From a virus (lineage: Duplodnaviria; Caudoviricetes): a DNA stretch of 64,000 bases. The notes under the pieces are model-generated. The model saw only the letters and a program-made list of their open reading frames with translations. It made no database searches and was not told where the DNA came from. A program made the position numbers and the translations under genes. Positions 43,001 through 52,183 of the stretch are shown here, in pieces. The stretch's first letter is position 1. Each line of letters opens with the position of its first letter. The stretch covers positions 320,001-384,000 of the IMG/VR virus record IMGVR_UViG_3300009031_000221; one strand, written 5' to 3'.

Positions 43001-45445
43001 CTAGCGCTTCAAGAAACCGAGGTCATAAACACCGGGACGAAGTTTGTCCGCCAGTGCCTTGAGGGCAACCTGAAGTTCCTTCCAACCCTCGGGATCATAC
43101 TCACGGAACAAGTGCTTGAGTTGGTAGATGCCTGCATCATGGGCTGTCAAGTGGAGTTCTGGTCGTGACGTAGCAAAAGATTCCCGATGCGGCAGGGTAC
43201 CAACCAACAACGTATCAAGGATGGTCAAGCACGCCTTGGCTTCGGGTGAAAGATCCAAGGTCGGAAGGATTGTGGCCAAGTAGGAGTCTTCCGTTTCGGA
43301 CTTGGTGTCCTTGAATAGATCCCCACAACCCGGGATGTCGTATAGGGATTTGGATTCCTTCAAGGTCTTCCACCAGAAGTGGTTCTTGATCCTGTATTGC
43401 TTGCCTTTGTAGGCGACGTTTCGCATCGCAGTGCAATTGTTAGAACCGTGCATCATAGCGTAAATCACGGCATCATCGTTCCATTGGAGGTAAGCATCAG
43501 TTGTGTCAATCGGTTGGATGTATTCATCCTTGGCATTTATCCAACCCGATGTGATCAAACGCCTAGCGGCAAACAATGCCACAGGTCGCATGAATCCAGA
43601 TCCTGGTATAACTGAAAGTCCAGATCCAACTGAACTTGTCCCTGAGACAAAGCACACAAACTGTCCATTGTGTTGGACATCGTTAGCATTGTTACCAAAA
43701 TATGCCAACGCTTTCGGCACTAATGTGCCACGGCAACCAGATCCATCTTTCACAACCAACCCGCTGCTGAACTGGGGGGCATCAACACCCTTCAACCCCT
43801 TGGTTGGTTCTCGTACCCACGTGGATGCACTCATGTCGTCGGAGTTGTAGAGTGATTTAGACCCGGTATCCTCGACATTGAACCCATTGACATCTTTCAA
43901 TGTCAATTCAAGTGTTCCGTTGGGTTGTGTCCCGTTAGACCATATCGTGAATATAATGCCCCATGTGTCACTGACATCGGCAAAATGGCTGGCTTGAAAC
44001 AACATGCCTGCCTTATAGGCAAATCTCTTGTACCAGAAATCCCTGAAAGTTCTATAAGAGCCCCCACAAATAAATGTCGGGCTGCTGAATGTAGCCACGG
44101 TAACCTTCGTGAACCCATAGATTTCGGCCAAAGACGCGCATTGAAAGAAGAATTGTGCATAGAGTTCTTGGGATCCGCTGATTCCGTGGTGTCGCATGGA
44201 CGCATTGACCCGGTTTCCTGCAATTCCCGCTTTGTGGCTACCTTTCATGCCCGCGTTGTTGGCAGTCCCATAGGGCGGGTTCATCACGAACACCAACCTT
44301 TTGCCTGATTTAGCCGCCGCCCGCAACTGGTCGTCTACGGCATCGGGAATTAAGTTCTTTTCCACAAAGAATGAGGTGTCACATCCAGGATTCAGGAAGT
44401 CATAGGCGAACACGGCGGCGCCAAGGTTGTACTCTTGCTCCTTAATCACATCCACGTCAGGTTTTTCCGCTGTGCTGATAATCAGGTCTTTGAAACGGTA
44501 GTCACGAGTCAAGTTACCCGTGCCTGCTGCTGGATCCCATACGATGCAATCATCACGCCAGTTGAGCCCGAGTTCCCTGTCCAGCATGGCATGAGCTTCA
44601 TCTACCCATATAGTGGGTGTAAAGAACGCCCCCTGGCGGCGACGAGCATCCTCCTCGACTAAGCGATCCTTGGTGGCATAGAAACTTTCGATTTCTGAAG
44701 GCCTGTAACCACAAACGAAGTTTCCAATGAAACTGTTGTAGGCGTGCCCGTTGACTGGAATTTTCAGCCCTTCTACCACTAGGATGTTTTTGTTGTTTCC
44801 ATGGATTGCCACATCATCAGGTTTGAACAGGCACTTCAAGAACACGTCCACTTGTTCCACGGGAGTTAATCCGCTCCCCTTGACGAAAATATCCTTCTGC
44901 CACCGGATGAACATAGCACCAATGTTCGTCATTGTCGCTTTGACTCGATGGACCCCCCCCTTTGACAAGGTTTCAATCTTGGCTATCACTTCTTTGAAGT
45001 CCGCCGCGTCAAACACCAAGGGGGACACGTCCAGATCTTCGATTAGCGCCTTGATCAAGGCTGGGGAACCCGTTGAGGGTGCTACTGTCCAATCGATAGG
45101 CAAAGTAAGAAACCGTTGTACCGCAGCCGTTTCCAACGCGAAACACTCACTCTTGTCCCCAACGAACATGACGTTGGGCATAGGATGACCGGCAATCTCA
45201 AACTTCTTGAGGTATAGGATCAGCTGCCCTACGACACGGCAAAGGTCCTTCCGCTGCTTCAGCACTACGTCATACTTGAATTCCATCAATGCACGAACAT
45301 CCGCCCACTGAGCGTAGCCGTCCGAACCAAATGGAGATGTGATCCCCGCATCAGGACGGTAATGCATGAACTCGCCCCGATAGGCGTTCTCTACGTCCTT
45401 CTCGTTCCGTGCAGTAGCTAATAGGGATTTAGTCAGGCGGCGCAT
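43001..45445 (-). CDS. N6-adenine DNA methyltransferase with possible N-terminal PD-(D/E)xK domain (type IIG/IIL-like architecture)
   Basis: GAFFTP, WDPAAGTGNL (motif I), MNPPYG (motif IV); N-term SDG...MEFKY...Q...Y; start refined to MRRLTK because a motif copy lies in the track's first 23 codons. Confidence 0.75.
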   Translation of the reverse strand: MRRLTKSLLATARNEKDVENAYRGEFMHYRPDAGITSPFGSDGYAQWADVRALMEFKYDVVLKQRKDLCRVVGQLILYLKKFEIAGHPMPNVMFVGDKSECFALETAAVQRFLTLPIDWTVAPSTGSPALIKALIEDLDVSPLVFDAADFKEVIAKIETLSKGGVHRVKATMTNIGAMFIRWQKDIFVKGSGLTPVEQVDVFLKCLFKPDDVAIHGNNKNILVVEGLKIPVNGHAYNSFIGNFVCGYRPSEIESFYATKDRLVEEDARRRQGAFFTPTIWVDEAHAMLDRELGLNWRDDCIVWDPAAGTGNLTRDYRFKDLIISTAEKPDVDVIKEQEYNLGAAVFAYDFLNPGCDTSFFVEKNLIPDAVDDQLRAAAKSGKRLVFVMNPPYGTANNAGMKGSHKAGIAGNRVNASMRHHGISGSQELYAQFFFQCASLAEIYGFTKVTVATFSSPTFICGGSYRTFRDFWYKRFAYKAGMLFQASHFADVSDTWGIIFTIWSNGTQPNGTLELTLKDVNGFNVEDTGSKSLYNSDDMSASTWVREPTKGLKGVDAPQFSSGLVVKDGSGCRGTLVPKALAYFGNNANDVQHNGQFVCFVSGTSSVGSGLSVIPGSGFMRPVALFAARRLITSGWINAKDEYIQPIDTTDAYLQWNDDAVIYAMMHGSNNCTAMRNVAYKGKQYRIKNHFWWKTLKESKSLYDIPGCGDLFKDTKSETEDSYLATILPTLDLSPEAKACLTILDTLLVGTLPHRESFATSRPELHLTAHDAGIYQLKHLFREYDPEGWKELQVALKALADKLRPGVYDLGFLKR

Positions 45446-45473
45446 GGTGTCCTGTGGGTCATCCGTTGTGTTA

Positions 45474-45499
45474 TCTACGCAGGAATCGGGTGAAATAAG
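45474..45499 (-). promoter_or_regulatory. repeated bipartite promoter-like motif
   Basis: tctacgc-N11-gaaataag; 29 nt above ATG 45445. Confidence 0.65.
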
Positions 45500-45568
45500 T
45501 CCAGTAGCACTCATCGGATACCACCATGCATGACCGGGGAGGTCTATGCAATATAGTACCCGACTTAT

Positions 45569-46348
45569 CTAGACGCAGGCATTCGCAATCGGGCTGGTAT
45601 CCGGCATATTCCATTCGTTCACGAGGGTAGCCAACTTGGCCCAGGAACGGGTGATTTGAGCTTGCCCGCCGCCCTTGGTCATGTTGAGTGCCTTTGCGGC
45701 ATCGCTATTGCTCATGCACTCCCCGGTTCCCATCAGGTGCGAGATGATGTAGTGGAGGCACCGATCCCCATCGTTGTTCAGGAGTGCCAGCACTTCCTTG
45801 CTACCCGCCGGCGTGCGGAGGATTGCCAGGAACATGTCCGTCACAAGGGGTTGATCCAAGCCCTCATCCGAGTAGACATCCGGCACCTTGCGAACGGTAT
45901 CCGTGTGGCGTTCCACCTTGATGTCATCCTTGGCCTTGCGGGTCAGGTACTTGCCAACCCAGGACTCTTCGACGAACGTGGCGGGGGTCATGCCGCACCG
46001 GATCTGTTCCTTGCGGGCGCCGCCAACCTCGTAGAAGGGGCGGGTGACTTCCTTGTCCGCATGGACAGACACGCCCATCAGGGCACGCTGCATGAGGTCA
46101 TCCGCATCCGTATGCCCCAAGGCATGCTTGCGGTAGACCTTGGCCACCGTGCGACGGGAAGCCGTGTAGACACCCTCATCCTGCGAGGAAGTCCAACCCG
46201 CATCGTAACGGGGATGGTTGTCCTGCATGAAGGACTTGGCCTGCATCAACCCCTGGGTGGGGTTAAGGTTGCTCCAGGTGCCCACGGGAACCTTGAAGGC
46301 ACCCTCGAGCACTTGCAATCGGCACATGATGTCTAGTTGGCGTCGCAT
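45569..46348 (-). CDS. ECF-type sigma-factor-like protein (putative)
   Basis: region-2-like DADDLMQRAL and WVGKYLTRKAKDDIK; region-4-like MSNSDAAKALNMTKGGGQAQITRSWAKL. Confidence 0.5.
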   Translation of the reverse strand: MRRQLDIMCRLQVLEGAFKVPVGTWSNLNPTQGLMQAKSFMQDNHPRYDAGWTSSQDEGVYTASRRTVAKVYRKHALGHTDADDLMQRALMGVSVHADKEVTRPFYEVGGARKEQIRCGMTPATFVEESWVGKYLTRKAKDDIKVERHTDTVRKVPDVYSDEGLDQPLVTDMFLAILRTPAGSKEVLALLNNDGDRCLHYIISHLMGTGECMSNSDAAKALNMTKGGGQAQITRSWAKLATLVNEWNMPDTSPIANACV

Positions 46349-46357
46349 GTTGGTCCT

Positions 46358-46942
46358 TTAGCCGTTCTTGGCGGCTTTGCGCTGATTCCGAATGGCACGC
46401 CGAAAGTTCGTGTGCTTGGGAGGGGTGGGAAGGGTCACGGCCTTCTCGAAGCAATCGTCACAATGGCAAGGCGTGGAGTACACACCGGGAGTGAACATGC
46501 CGTGAATCGCCTGCTTCAAGCGTTGCACGTCCTTGCGGCTGAAGCCCCAGTAGGGCTTCACATCGGTGATGCACTTGGGGGTATAGGGCGTCCGCAACGC
46601 CTTATCCTTGAAGTACTTGCTGAAGGGGCTCAAGTCCGCCGGATCCTCGAAGATGGGATAACGGCGCATTTCCTCTCGGTAATGGCGGCGATTCATTTCA
46701 TCCAGCATGTCATCCATCATCTGCTGTTCGGGGGACTTGGGACGATTGCGACGAATCGGCCCCGTGACCTCGCCAACGAAGACCGCATCCGGCCACAGGT
46801 AGCCCGCAGTCGTGGGGTCGGGATCGTCAAGCGCTCCAGTGATCTCGATTTCCCCGCCATCCGGCTTCCGCCAAATGTGCGTGCCGTAGATGGCAGCCGC
46901 CTTCTCACTGAACATCCCAAACCTGCTGAATTCGATGGTCAT
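46358..46942 (-). CDS. hypothetical protein
   Basis: start refined to MTIEFS; CHCDDC. Confidence 0.55.
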   Translation of the reverse strand: MTIEFSRFGMFSEKAAAIYGTHIWRKPDGGEIEITGALDDPDPTTAGYLWPDAVFVGEVTGPIRRNRPKSPEQQMMDDMLDEMNRRHYREEMRRYPIFEDPADLSPFSKYFKDKALRTPYTPKCITDVKPYWGFSRKDVQRLKQAIHGMFTPGVYSTPCHCDDCFEKAVTLPTPPKHTNFRRAIRNQRKAAKNG

Positions 46943-46967
46943 TGCCTTTGCTCCTTCAATGTGTGGG

Positions 46968-47126
46968 TTAGCGGGACTGCAACCAGTACGAGAAGTCCAA
47001 TGCACGCCAGAACACGCCGCACAACAGGACGACCACGGTAGCGCCCAACAGCACCCACACAGCCTTCCAAAATCGCTTCTCGATCTTACGCCACAAGTTC
47101 TTCATCGTTCGTTCCTTCGTGGGCAT
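46968..47126 (-). CDS. small single-TM protein not in ORF track
   Basis: 52 aa MPTKERTMKNLW...AVWVLLGATVVVLLCGVFW; 17 nt below motif at 47143. Confidence 0.5.
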   Translation of the reverse strand: MPTKERTMKNLWRKIEKRFWKAVWVLLGATVVVLLCGVFWRALDFSYWLQSR

Positions 47127-47141
47127 CCTGCCCTACCTTCT

Positions 47142-47180
47142 ATCTACGCTGTCATTCCGAAAAGTAAGCCTTCAAGCTAC
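47142..47180. repeat. 39-bp direct repeat copy A (contains promoter-like motif 47143-47168)
   Basis: atctacgctgtcattccgaaaagtaagccttcaagctac. Confidence 0.8.
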
Positions 47181-47605
47181 ACTTTCACGTTGCCGAATGT
47201 TTGCTTCATCAATGCAAGGACTTCCCTGGCATACCAGGTTGAACCCTTGGCGGAACCGCTATACAGGCGGAGCGCTTCTTTCATGTCCCCGTGTGCCGCC
47301 CTTCGCTTGTCATCCAGGATGCGAGCCGCAGCCCACACTCCGGCGGAACCCTTCAGCATTTTGCAGGTGTTGCCTTCCGCCCACTTCGGATTCACTTGCC
47401 ATGGGCCACAATGACCGGAGGCATTGACCTTTGGGCGGATGTTGGTTTCGCGACGGGCGATTGCCATGAGCAAGGGTGCGGGAAAGCCATAGGCATCCGC
47501 CGCAATGTCCGTGGGCGTGGCCACAGCACAACCACGAAGAACCTCACCGCCGGGGATGGTGGGGTCACTTGCAAGGGCGAGGCAAAGGAGGAATGCGGGT
47601 GTCAT
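47177..47605 (-). CDS. secreted lytic transglycosylase (SLT domain)
   Basis: signal peptide; LLMAIARRET (catalytic Glu), GPWQV, AARIL, ALRLYSG. Confidence 0.75.
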   Translation of the reverse strand: MTPAFLLCLALASDPTIPGGEVLRGCAVATPTDIAADAYGFPAPLLMAIARRETNIRPKVNASGHCGPWQVNPKWAEGNTCKMLKGSAGVWAAARILDDKRRAAHGDMKEALRLYSGSAKGSTWYAREVLALMKQTFGNVKV

Positions 47606-47644
47606 CGTAGGTTCCAACGGTGGCGTTCATGCCGTCCGTAATAC

Positions 47645-47683
47645 ATCTACGCTGTCATCATGGAAAGTAAGCCTTCAAGCTAC
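47645..47683. repeat. 39-bp direct repeat copy B (contains promoter-like motif 47646-47671)
   Basis: atctacgctgtcatcatggaaagtaagccttcaagctac. Confidence 0.8.
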
Positions 47684-48381
47684 GCCAACCTATCGTAATC
47701 AGGAGATTGGAAGTAGGATTCGAACAGTTCCTTCAGCTTACGGAACCGTACCTCATTTCCGCCACGATCCGGGTGGTTCGCATGGATCATAGCGTGGTAG
47801 ACCTTCTTGGCATCCTTCTTAGTAGCTACCTTGCTCAAGTCATAGCCCTGCTTGGCAAGGGTCGCAACATCAAGACGAACCTTTGGTTTGAATTCAGGGG
47901 ACTTAGGAGTGCTATCGTAGGATCGATGAGCATTGTTGGGATGATTCGCGTAGTAATCATGGAGTTTTTCAGCGGCAGCTCTTGTTCCCGCCGCCCCATA
48001 GTCAGCATACGCCTTTCTCCCTGAAGCGGCAGCAAATGCATCGGCGGCAGCTTTTCTCTCCGCCGCAGACCTTGCTACAGCATTTGACGCAGCCCGTTGT
48101 CTACGCAGCAATTCTTCAAAATACGCATGTTGCCGGCGCAGTTGTTCAATTCGGGCATCCCGTGCCTCGGATCGGGCATTCGATTGACGACGTGCATCAT
48201 GTTCAAGGAGCATGAACAGGAGCCAAATAGCAATGCCGATTCCCGCTCCAATGATCGGCCACTTGGCGATAGGCCAATCGATCTCGTAGCCTGTGAGGTC
48301 GAGGAAAACAGGGATGCAAACAATCGCAGCCGCAAGGGCGCATGCTAGGATGGTTATCAGGCTTTGACTGTCATTCTTCAT
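47680..48381 (-). CDS. membrane-anchored J-domain (DnaJ class III) protein
   Basis: two N-term TM helices; KKVYHAMIHANHPDRGGNEVRFRKL (HPD). Confidence 0.8.
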   Translation of the reverse strand: MKNDSQSLITILACALAAAIVCIPVFLDLTGYEIDWPIAKWPIIGAGIGIAIWLLFMLLEHDARRQSNARSEARDARIEQLRRQHAYFEELLRRQRAASNAVARSAAERKAAADAFAAASGRKAYADYGAAGTRAAAEKLHDYYANHPNNAHRSYDSTPKSPEFKPKVRLDVATLAKQGYDLSKVATKKDAKKVYHAMIHANHPDRGGNEVRFRKLKELFESYFQSPDYDRLA

Positions 48382-48418
48382 CGATCTTCCCTATGGGGGG
48401 CTCCTATCCCACAGGTCG

Positions 48419-48444
48419 TCTACGCTGCTGCATCGAAAAGTAAG
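48419..48444 (-). promoter_or_regulatory. repeated bipartite promoter-like motif
   Basis: tctacgc-N11-aaagtaag; 38 nt above start 48381. Confidence 0.7.
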
Positions 48445-48451
48445 TTCAACC

Positions 48452-48796
48452 CTACTTCGTAGGCGTCGATTCCTTTGGAAGCTCTTCAGGGATGTCATAA
48501 TCCGTAGGGCAATTCCATTCGATGGGTTGAGCTTGCCTTGGCGTCAACAAGTACAATGCATCCCCAACACGGACAACTGCTCCATCAGCATTGCGGGATT
48601 CCAAGGTGCCTAACAGGAGGCCTTCTTCGCATGGATCCTTGAATGATGCCCGGGGTTCGGCAATGGGTGTGGGATGACGTACGGGAAAAGGCCCCGTCCA
48701 GCGTCCCACTACAAACACGAGGAGGAGAAGGCTTATGATGTACAAGTGGTCTCGCACATATAGGAATGCGCTTTTGACTTTGGATTGCTCTTCCAT
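48452..48796 (-). CDS. single-TM hypothetical protein
   Basis: LYIISLLLLVFVVG. Confidence 0.6.
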   Translation of the reverse strand: MEEQSKVKSAFLYVRDHLYIISLLLLVFVVGRWTGPFPVRHPTPIAEPRASFKDPCEEGLLLGTLESRNADGAVVRVGDALYLLTPRQAQPIEWNCPTDYDIPEELPKESTPTK

Positions 48797-48805
48797 GGGT
48801 CATCC

Positions 48806-49006
48806 TCAAAATGGGTAGGCGTCATCGAACATGATGGTGCCATGAATATCCGGCGCCGCGGTGCCAATCAACTTGGCATAGGTGTAGACCTTTTCATCTT
48901 TATCCTGAAGGATACGTTTATTACCCACTGCATTCTTGGCATCATCCTCGGATGATGCGACCAGGACTGCTCGATAGCCATTGGTCGTAACGTAGTACAG
49001 GTTCAT
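48806..49006 (-). CDS. hypothetical protein
   Basis: 66 aa with GGGGG RBS-like run. Confidence 0.55.
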   Translation of the reverse strand: MNLYYVTTNGYRAVLVASSEDDAKNAVGNKRILQDKDEKVYTYAKLIGTAAPDIHGTIMFDDAYPF

Positions 49007-49014
49007 CGTCCCCC

Positions 49015-49245
49015 CTACAGAGAAATGGGCATGCCCGTAGAACTGAACACCATCGGGGAAGGCACAAGCATGTATGCGTCGGGATGGAAGTCCTTATCGA
49101 ATCCATCCAAACGGGATCCCCGTTTGGTGTCCAACCAAGCAGCCGCATCCTGAATCGTAGCGAAGTCGGGCTGGAGTTCCATCTCGTACCAGGCATAGCC
49201 ATGCCCTGTCGATTTTCCTGCGAACCAAGAGTACTTTCGTGCCAT
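49015..49245 (-). CDS. hypothetical protein
   Basis: 76 aa below motif at 49272. Confidence 0.55.
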   Translation of the reverse strand: MARKYSWFAGKSTGHGYAWYEMELQPDFATIQDAAAWLDTKRGSRLDGFDKDFHPDAYMLVPSPMVFSSTGMPISL

Positions 49246-49271
49246 AGGGATTCTCCTCGTTATACGGGGAA

Positions 49272-49297
49272 TCTACGCGATAGGCAATAGAAGTAAG
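49272..49297 (-). promoter_or_regulatory. repeated bipartite promoter-like motif
   Basis: tctacgc-N11-gaagtaag; 27 nt above start 49245. Confidence 0.75.
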
Positions 49298-49299
49298 TC

Positions 49300-49749
49300 C
49301 TACTTGAACGGGAAGCGTATCACAAGGGCACCCTGAAATTCAGGCCTGCATACAGAATCTGGGATATCCCTTGAGCATACCGTACCGAGTTCAAGCCCCA
49401 CGATTGAGTAACCGATTACCCCTGACACTGCGACGGGGGCAAGGGGTCCGTAACAAGCATTCATTTCTACCCATGTGCGATTAGCATTCATATGCCCTAT
49501 AGCGGCTCCGAATGCCCAATCGTATGGGGTGCCATAATCTACAAACCCTCGAGAAAGAGGATATCTATTGTTAGGTATGCCAAATCCTGCCTTCCCCTGA
49601 ATATACGTGCTTGAAGATATCCCTGTCCACAGGTCAAAACCTATAACAGCATCCACGCCCATGAACGTTGTTGGTTCATGGTCCAAGGCCCCCGCATAAC
49701 CTGAAACCAGGAACATACATGTCATGCCTAGTAGGATTATGCGTTTCAT
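49300..49749 (-). CDS. secreted/outer-membrane-like protein
   Basis: signal peptide MKRIILLGMTCMFLVSGYAGA; Gly/aromatic beta-like segments. Confidence 0.55.
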   Translation of the reverse strand: MKRIILLGMTCMFLVSGYAGALDHEPTTFMGVDAVIGFDLWTGISSSTYIQGKAGFGIPNNRYPLSRGFVDYGTPYDWAFGAAIGHMNANRTWVEMNACYGPLAPVAVSGVIGYSIVGLELGTVCSRDIPDSVCRPEFQGALVIRFPFK

Positions 49750-50636
49750 TTTGGTTCCTTCATTGCAAGTTCTTCTTCCTCAAACTGCAAGTCGATTGTT
49801 ACGGGTTCCCTCACGGTAGCAATGCCCTGTAGGAGGTCAGCAATAGGCGTAGGAACCTCGTAGGGCAATCCCGCGACATCTACTGGAGTGGTTGCAATCT
49901 GTGCCGTAGCGCTCAATGCAGTCATTGACGAAAGCCAATTGACAAACCCTGTAACATCAAGCTGAATCTTGGCATCCAACTGAGCCTGGAGTTGCATATT
50001 CTGTTGCTCCAAGGCCTCCATGCGGTAATGAACCTGCTCCATCTGCGTATCGAGGTTCCTGATACGCCCTTTTGCCTCAGCGACAGCCCCCGGAACATCG
50101 CCCAGGAAAGTAGGACAATTCAATGGCACAAGGCTCGTTATAGCTATCCCGTAAGCATCGACGTAGTGATAGTTCATCCCTTTGCGATCTACCCGGATCA
50201 AATCCCTTCGTTCCGTCACCCCACAAACCCGGCACGTCTTTTGTTGGCCTCCATTGTCATTGAGCCAATCGGGGAAATTCTTGTTTCGGGGATCCTGAGG
50301 GTCGTTTCCCCAATCATGTTGCGTCTCTGGGTGAGGTTTGACACCGGTAGCCTGAGGCACCTTTTCCAAATCAATTGTGCCCTGGTCATTTACGAAATAC
50401 TTAGGGCGTGCGAGTTTTTTGGGTCGTTCCGGGAACGTTTGTTGCGAAGTATGGGCAATAGGTGTCGCTGATGCTACGGGTGCTAAATTAGCCCTAGAAG
50501 CCGGAATAATTGCCTGTTCTGAGGCAGGAGGCGCTGCAGCCGCAAGGATTCGTGCCCGTTCCGCCTCCAAAGCGATTGCCTTGGGACTTCCTGGGACAGG
50601 TTCAGGTTTGCGGGGTCGTGCGGGTAGCTGTGACAT
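49746..50636 (-). CDS. hypothetical protein with zinc ribbon and coiled coil
   Basis: start refined to MSQLPA; TCRVCG...NCP. Confidence 0.6.
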   Translation of the reverse strand: MSQLPARPRKPEPVPGSPKAIALEAERARILAAAAPPASEQAIIPASRANLAPVASATPIAHTSQQTFPERPKKLARPKYFVNDQGTIDLEKVPQATGVKPHPETQHDWGNDPQDPRNKNFPDWLNDNGGQQKTCRVCGVTERRDLIRVDRKGMNYHYVDAYGIAITSLVPLNCPTFLGDVPGAVAEAKGRIRNLDTQMEQVHYRMEALEQQNMQLQAQLDAKIQLDVTGFVNWLSSMTALSATAQIATTPVDVAGLPYEVPTPIADLLQGIATVREPVTIDLQFEEEELAMKEPK

Positions 50637-50725
50637 AGTGCCCTCATGAAAACTCGTCCCAATAATACAGCGGATCGATGCAAATAAGATCAATCCTCGG
50701 TAGAATACCCCTCGAGGTATTTCAC

Positions 50726-51313
50726 ATGATTAGCCCTGCGTCACAACACCACGATCTTGCTATGATGATTCTAGTAGGGCGTAGTCTACCGAACGGTATT
50801 CCTTGGACTTTAGAAGAGGACAAGGAACTCATCATTCGGGAACGCCTTCTGTGGGCACAAATGACCACGGAAGAGCAAACGGAATCACAAGAATATTTGG
50901 CGGAGTTGTGGAATAAACGTGGTGCCGTCAGAAATGTCACGGTTGAATCTTCATGGGGGAAGTGGGCGATGAAGCTCCCCTCCGAAATCGTAGTGCCAGA
51001 TTCTGCGTTCGGTATGGCCTCCGCTGGATTCCGGCCTTGGGTTCGAGGGCCTTGGGATGCGACTGAACCCATGCAATGGCTATGGCTACGAGGATTCCAG
51101 GTTGTAGACGTGTCCATCAACAGTATAACCATGGTTATACCGCCGCATCGAACCGTGCAAGAATCGGAACGCCTCATGAGGATGTTGGTACTCCGTGGGG
51201 TGGAGCTAGGGCCGAATGGCAGGGAATCAAATAAAACTTCAATCAAGTCCAGCTACGATCCGTTGACGGGCGTGGCGACACTGGAATTGCTTCACCCTCT
51301 ATGGGGGATTTGA
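50726..51313 (+). CDS. hypothetical protein
   Basis: start refined to MISPAS; ATGCAA-N17-TAGAAT upstream. Confidence 0.55.
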   Translation: MISPASQHHDLAMMILVGRSLPNGIPWTLEEDKELIIRERLLWAQMTTEEQTESQEYLAELWNKRGAVRNVTVESSWGKWAMKLPSEIVVPDSAFGMASAGFRPWVRGPWDATEPMQWLWLRGFQVVDVSINSITMVIPPHRTVQESERLMRMLVLRGVELGPNGRESNKTSIKSSYDPLTGVATLELLHPLWGI

Positions 51314-51565
51314 ATGGACAAGTGTTCTAAGTGCGAAGGCGACCTTGCTATTGGCATGAAACGGGTAGTCACTCAGGGTGAGGACATCCGTATCGTGGAA
51401 GGAGTACCTTGCTTCAAGTGCACACAATGCGGGCATACCTCATTGACGCCTGAAGTCATTGCACAGATTTCCGAAATAGCTAAAGAGGATCCACCGTTAG
51501 GCCTAACGGCAGTTCGGGTCATTCCATATCATGTGACGAGCATCGCTGCTCCTCAAGGGGAATAA
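51314..51565 (+). CDS. YgiT-type zinc finger protein
   Basis: KCSKCEG...IVEGVPCFKCTQCG...PEV. Confidence 0.75.
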   Translation: MDKCSKCEGDLAIGMKRVVTQGEDIRIVEGVPCFKCTQCGHTSLTPEVIAQISEIAKEDPPLGLTAVRVIPYHVTSIAAPQGE

Positions 51566-51568
51566 TCA

Positions 51569-52183
51569 ATGCCATTGCTAGTTGACGTAGTACATCCTTC
51601 TCCCGAGTGGAAGGGCTGGATCCTGGATGATAAGGTAGGCACTGTATTCTATTATCATCCATTTGGGGATGAAATCATTTCGCAATCGGCGGCATCGAAG
51701 GTGCTTATCCAGGAATTCGATATTATGGCAGTAGTTCACTGCTGGGAGGGGCCTACCAAAGCAGCTGCAAAGGCAGCGTGGTCTCTTCAAGACAATATTG
51801 CCAATCGTATCACAGCATTGATGGAATCCACATACGGGAATAACATCAATACGTCTCCTCAAGAGGTCAATCAGGTTCTGATCACCTTGCGGCATAACGT
51901 ACGAGTCACTCCGGTAGCTAATCCTGCGGGGCACTGGATGTTTAGCCTGAAGATTGGGTTGGCGCTCTACCTACGAGACAATCCATGCGGGGTTGCATTG
52001 CAGACAATGAAGAAACCATTTGATCGGTATTGGCTTGACAAATTCAATTATGTCATCCCGGAGGCCCCGGATATGGAATACGCAGAAGTCGGGCCGTGGA
52101 TGGAACGCCAAGTGCGAAAGGCCTTGGGGTTCGGGGATCTTGTACGGGTCACAAGGCAACCCCGCATTGAGGTGCTCGCATGA
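51569..52183 (+). CDS. hypothetical protein
   Basis: 204 aa, ATGA-coupled to next. Confidence 0.6.
   Translation: MPLLVDVVHPSPEWKGWILDDKVGTVFYYHPFGDEIISQSAASKVLIQEFDIMAVVHCWEGPTKAAAKAAWSLQDNIANRITALMESTYGNNINTSPQEVNQVLITLRHNVRVTPVANPAGHWMFSLKIGLALYLRDNPCGVALQTMKKPFDRYWLDKFNYVIPEAPDMEYAEVGPWMERQVRKALGFGDLVRVTRQPRIEVLA

Noticed and set aside
48100-48125. Extra motif copy tctacgc-N11-aaaatacg
   Set aside because: Two mismatches in the second box and it lies mid-gene with no start codon context.
51314-51565. MqsRA-type toxin-antitoxin pair
   Set aside because: The zinc finger has no HTH extension and the upstream gene shows no RelE/MqsR-like features.
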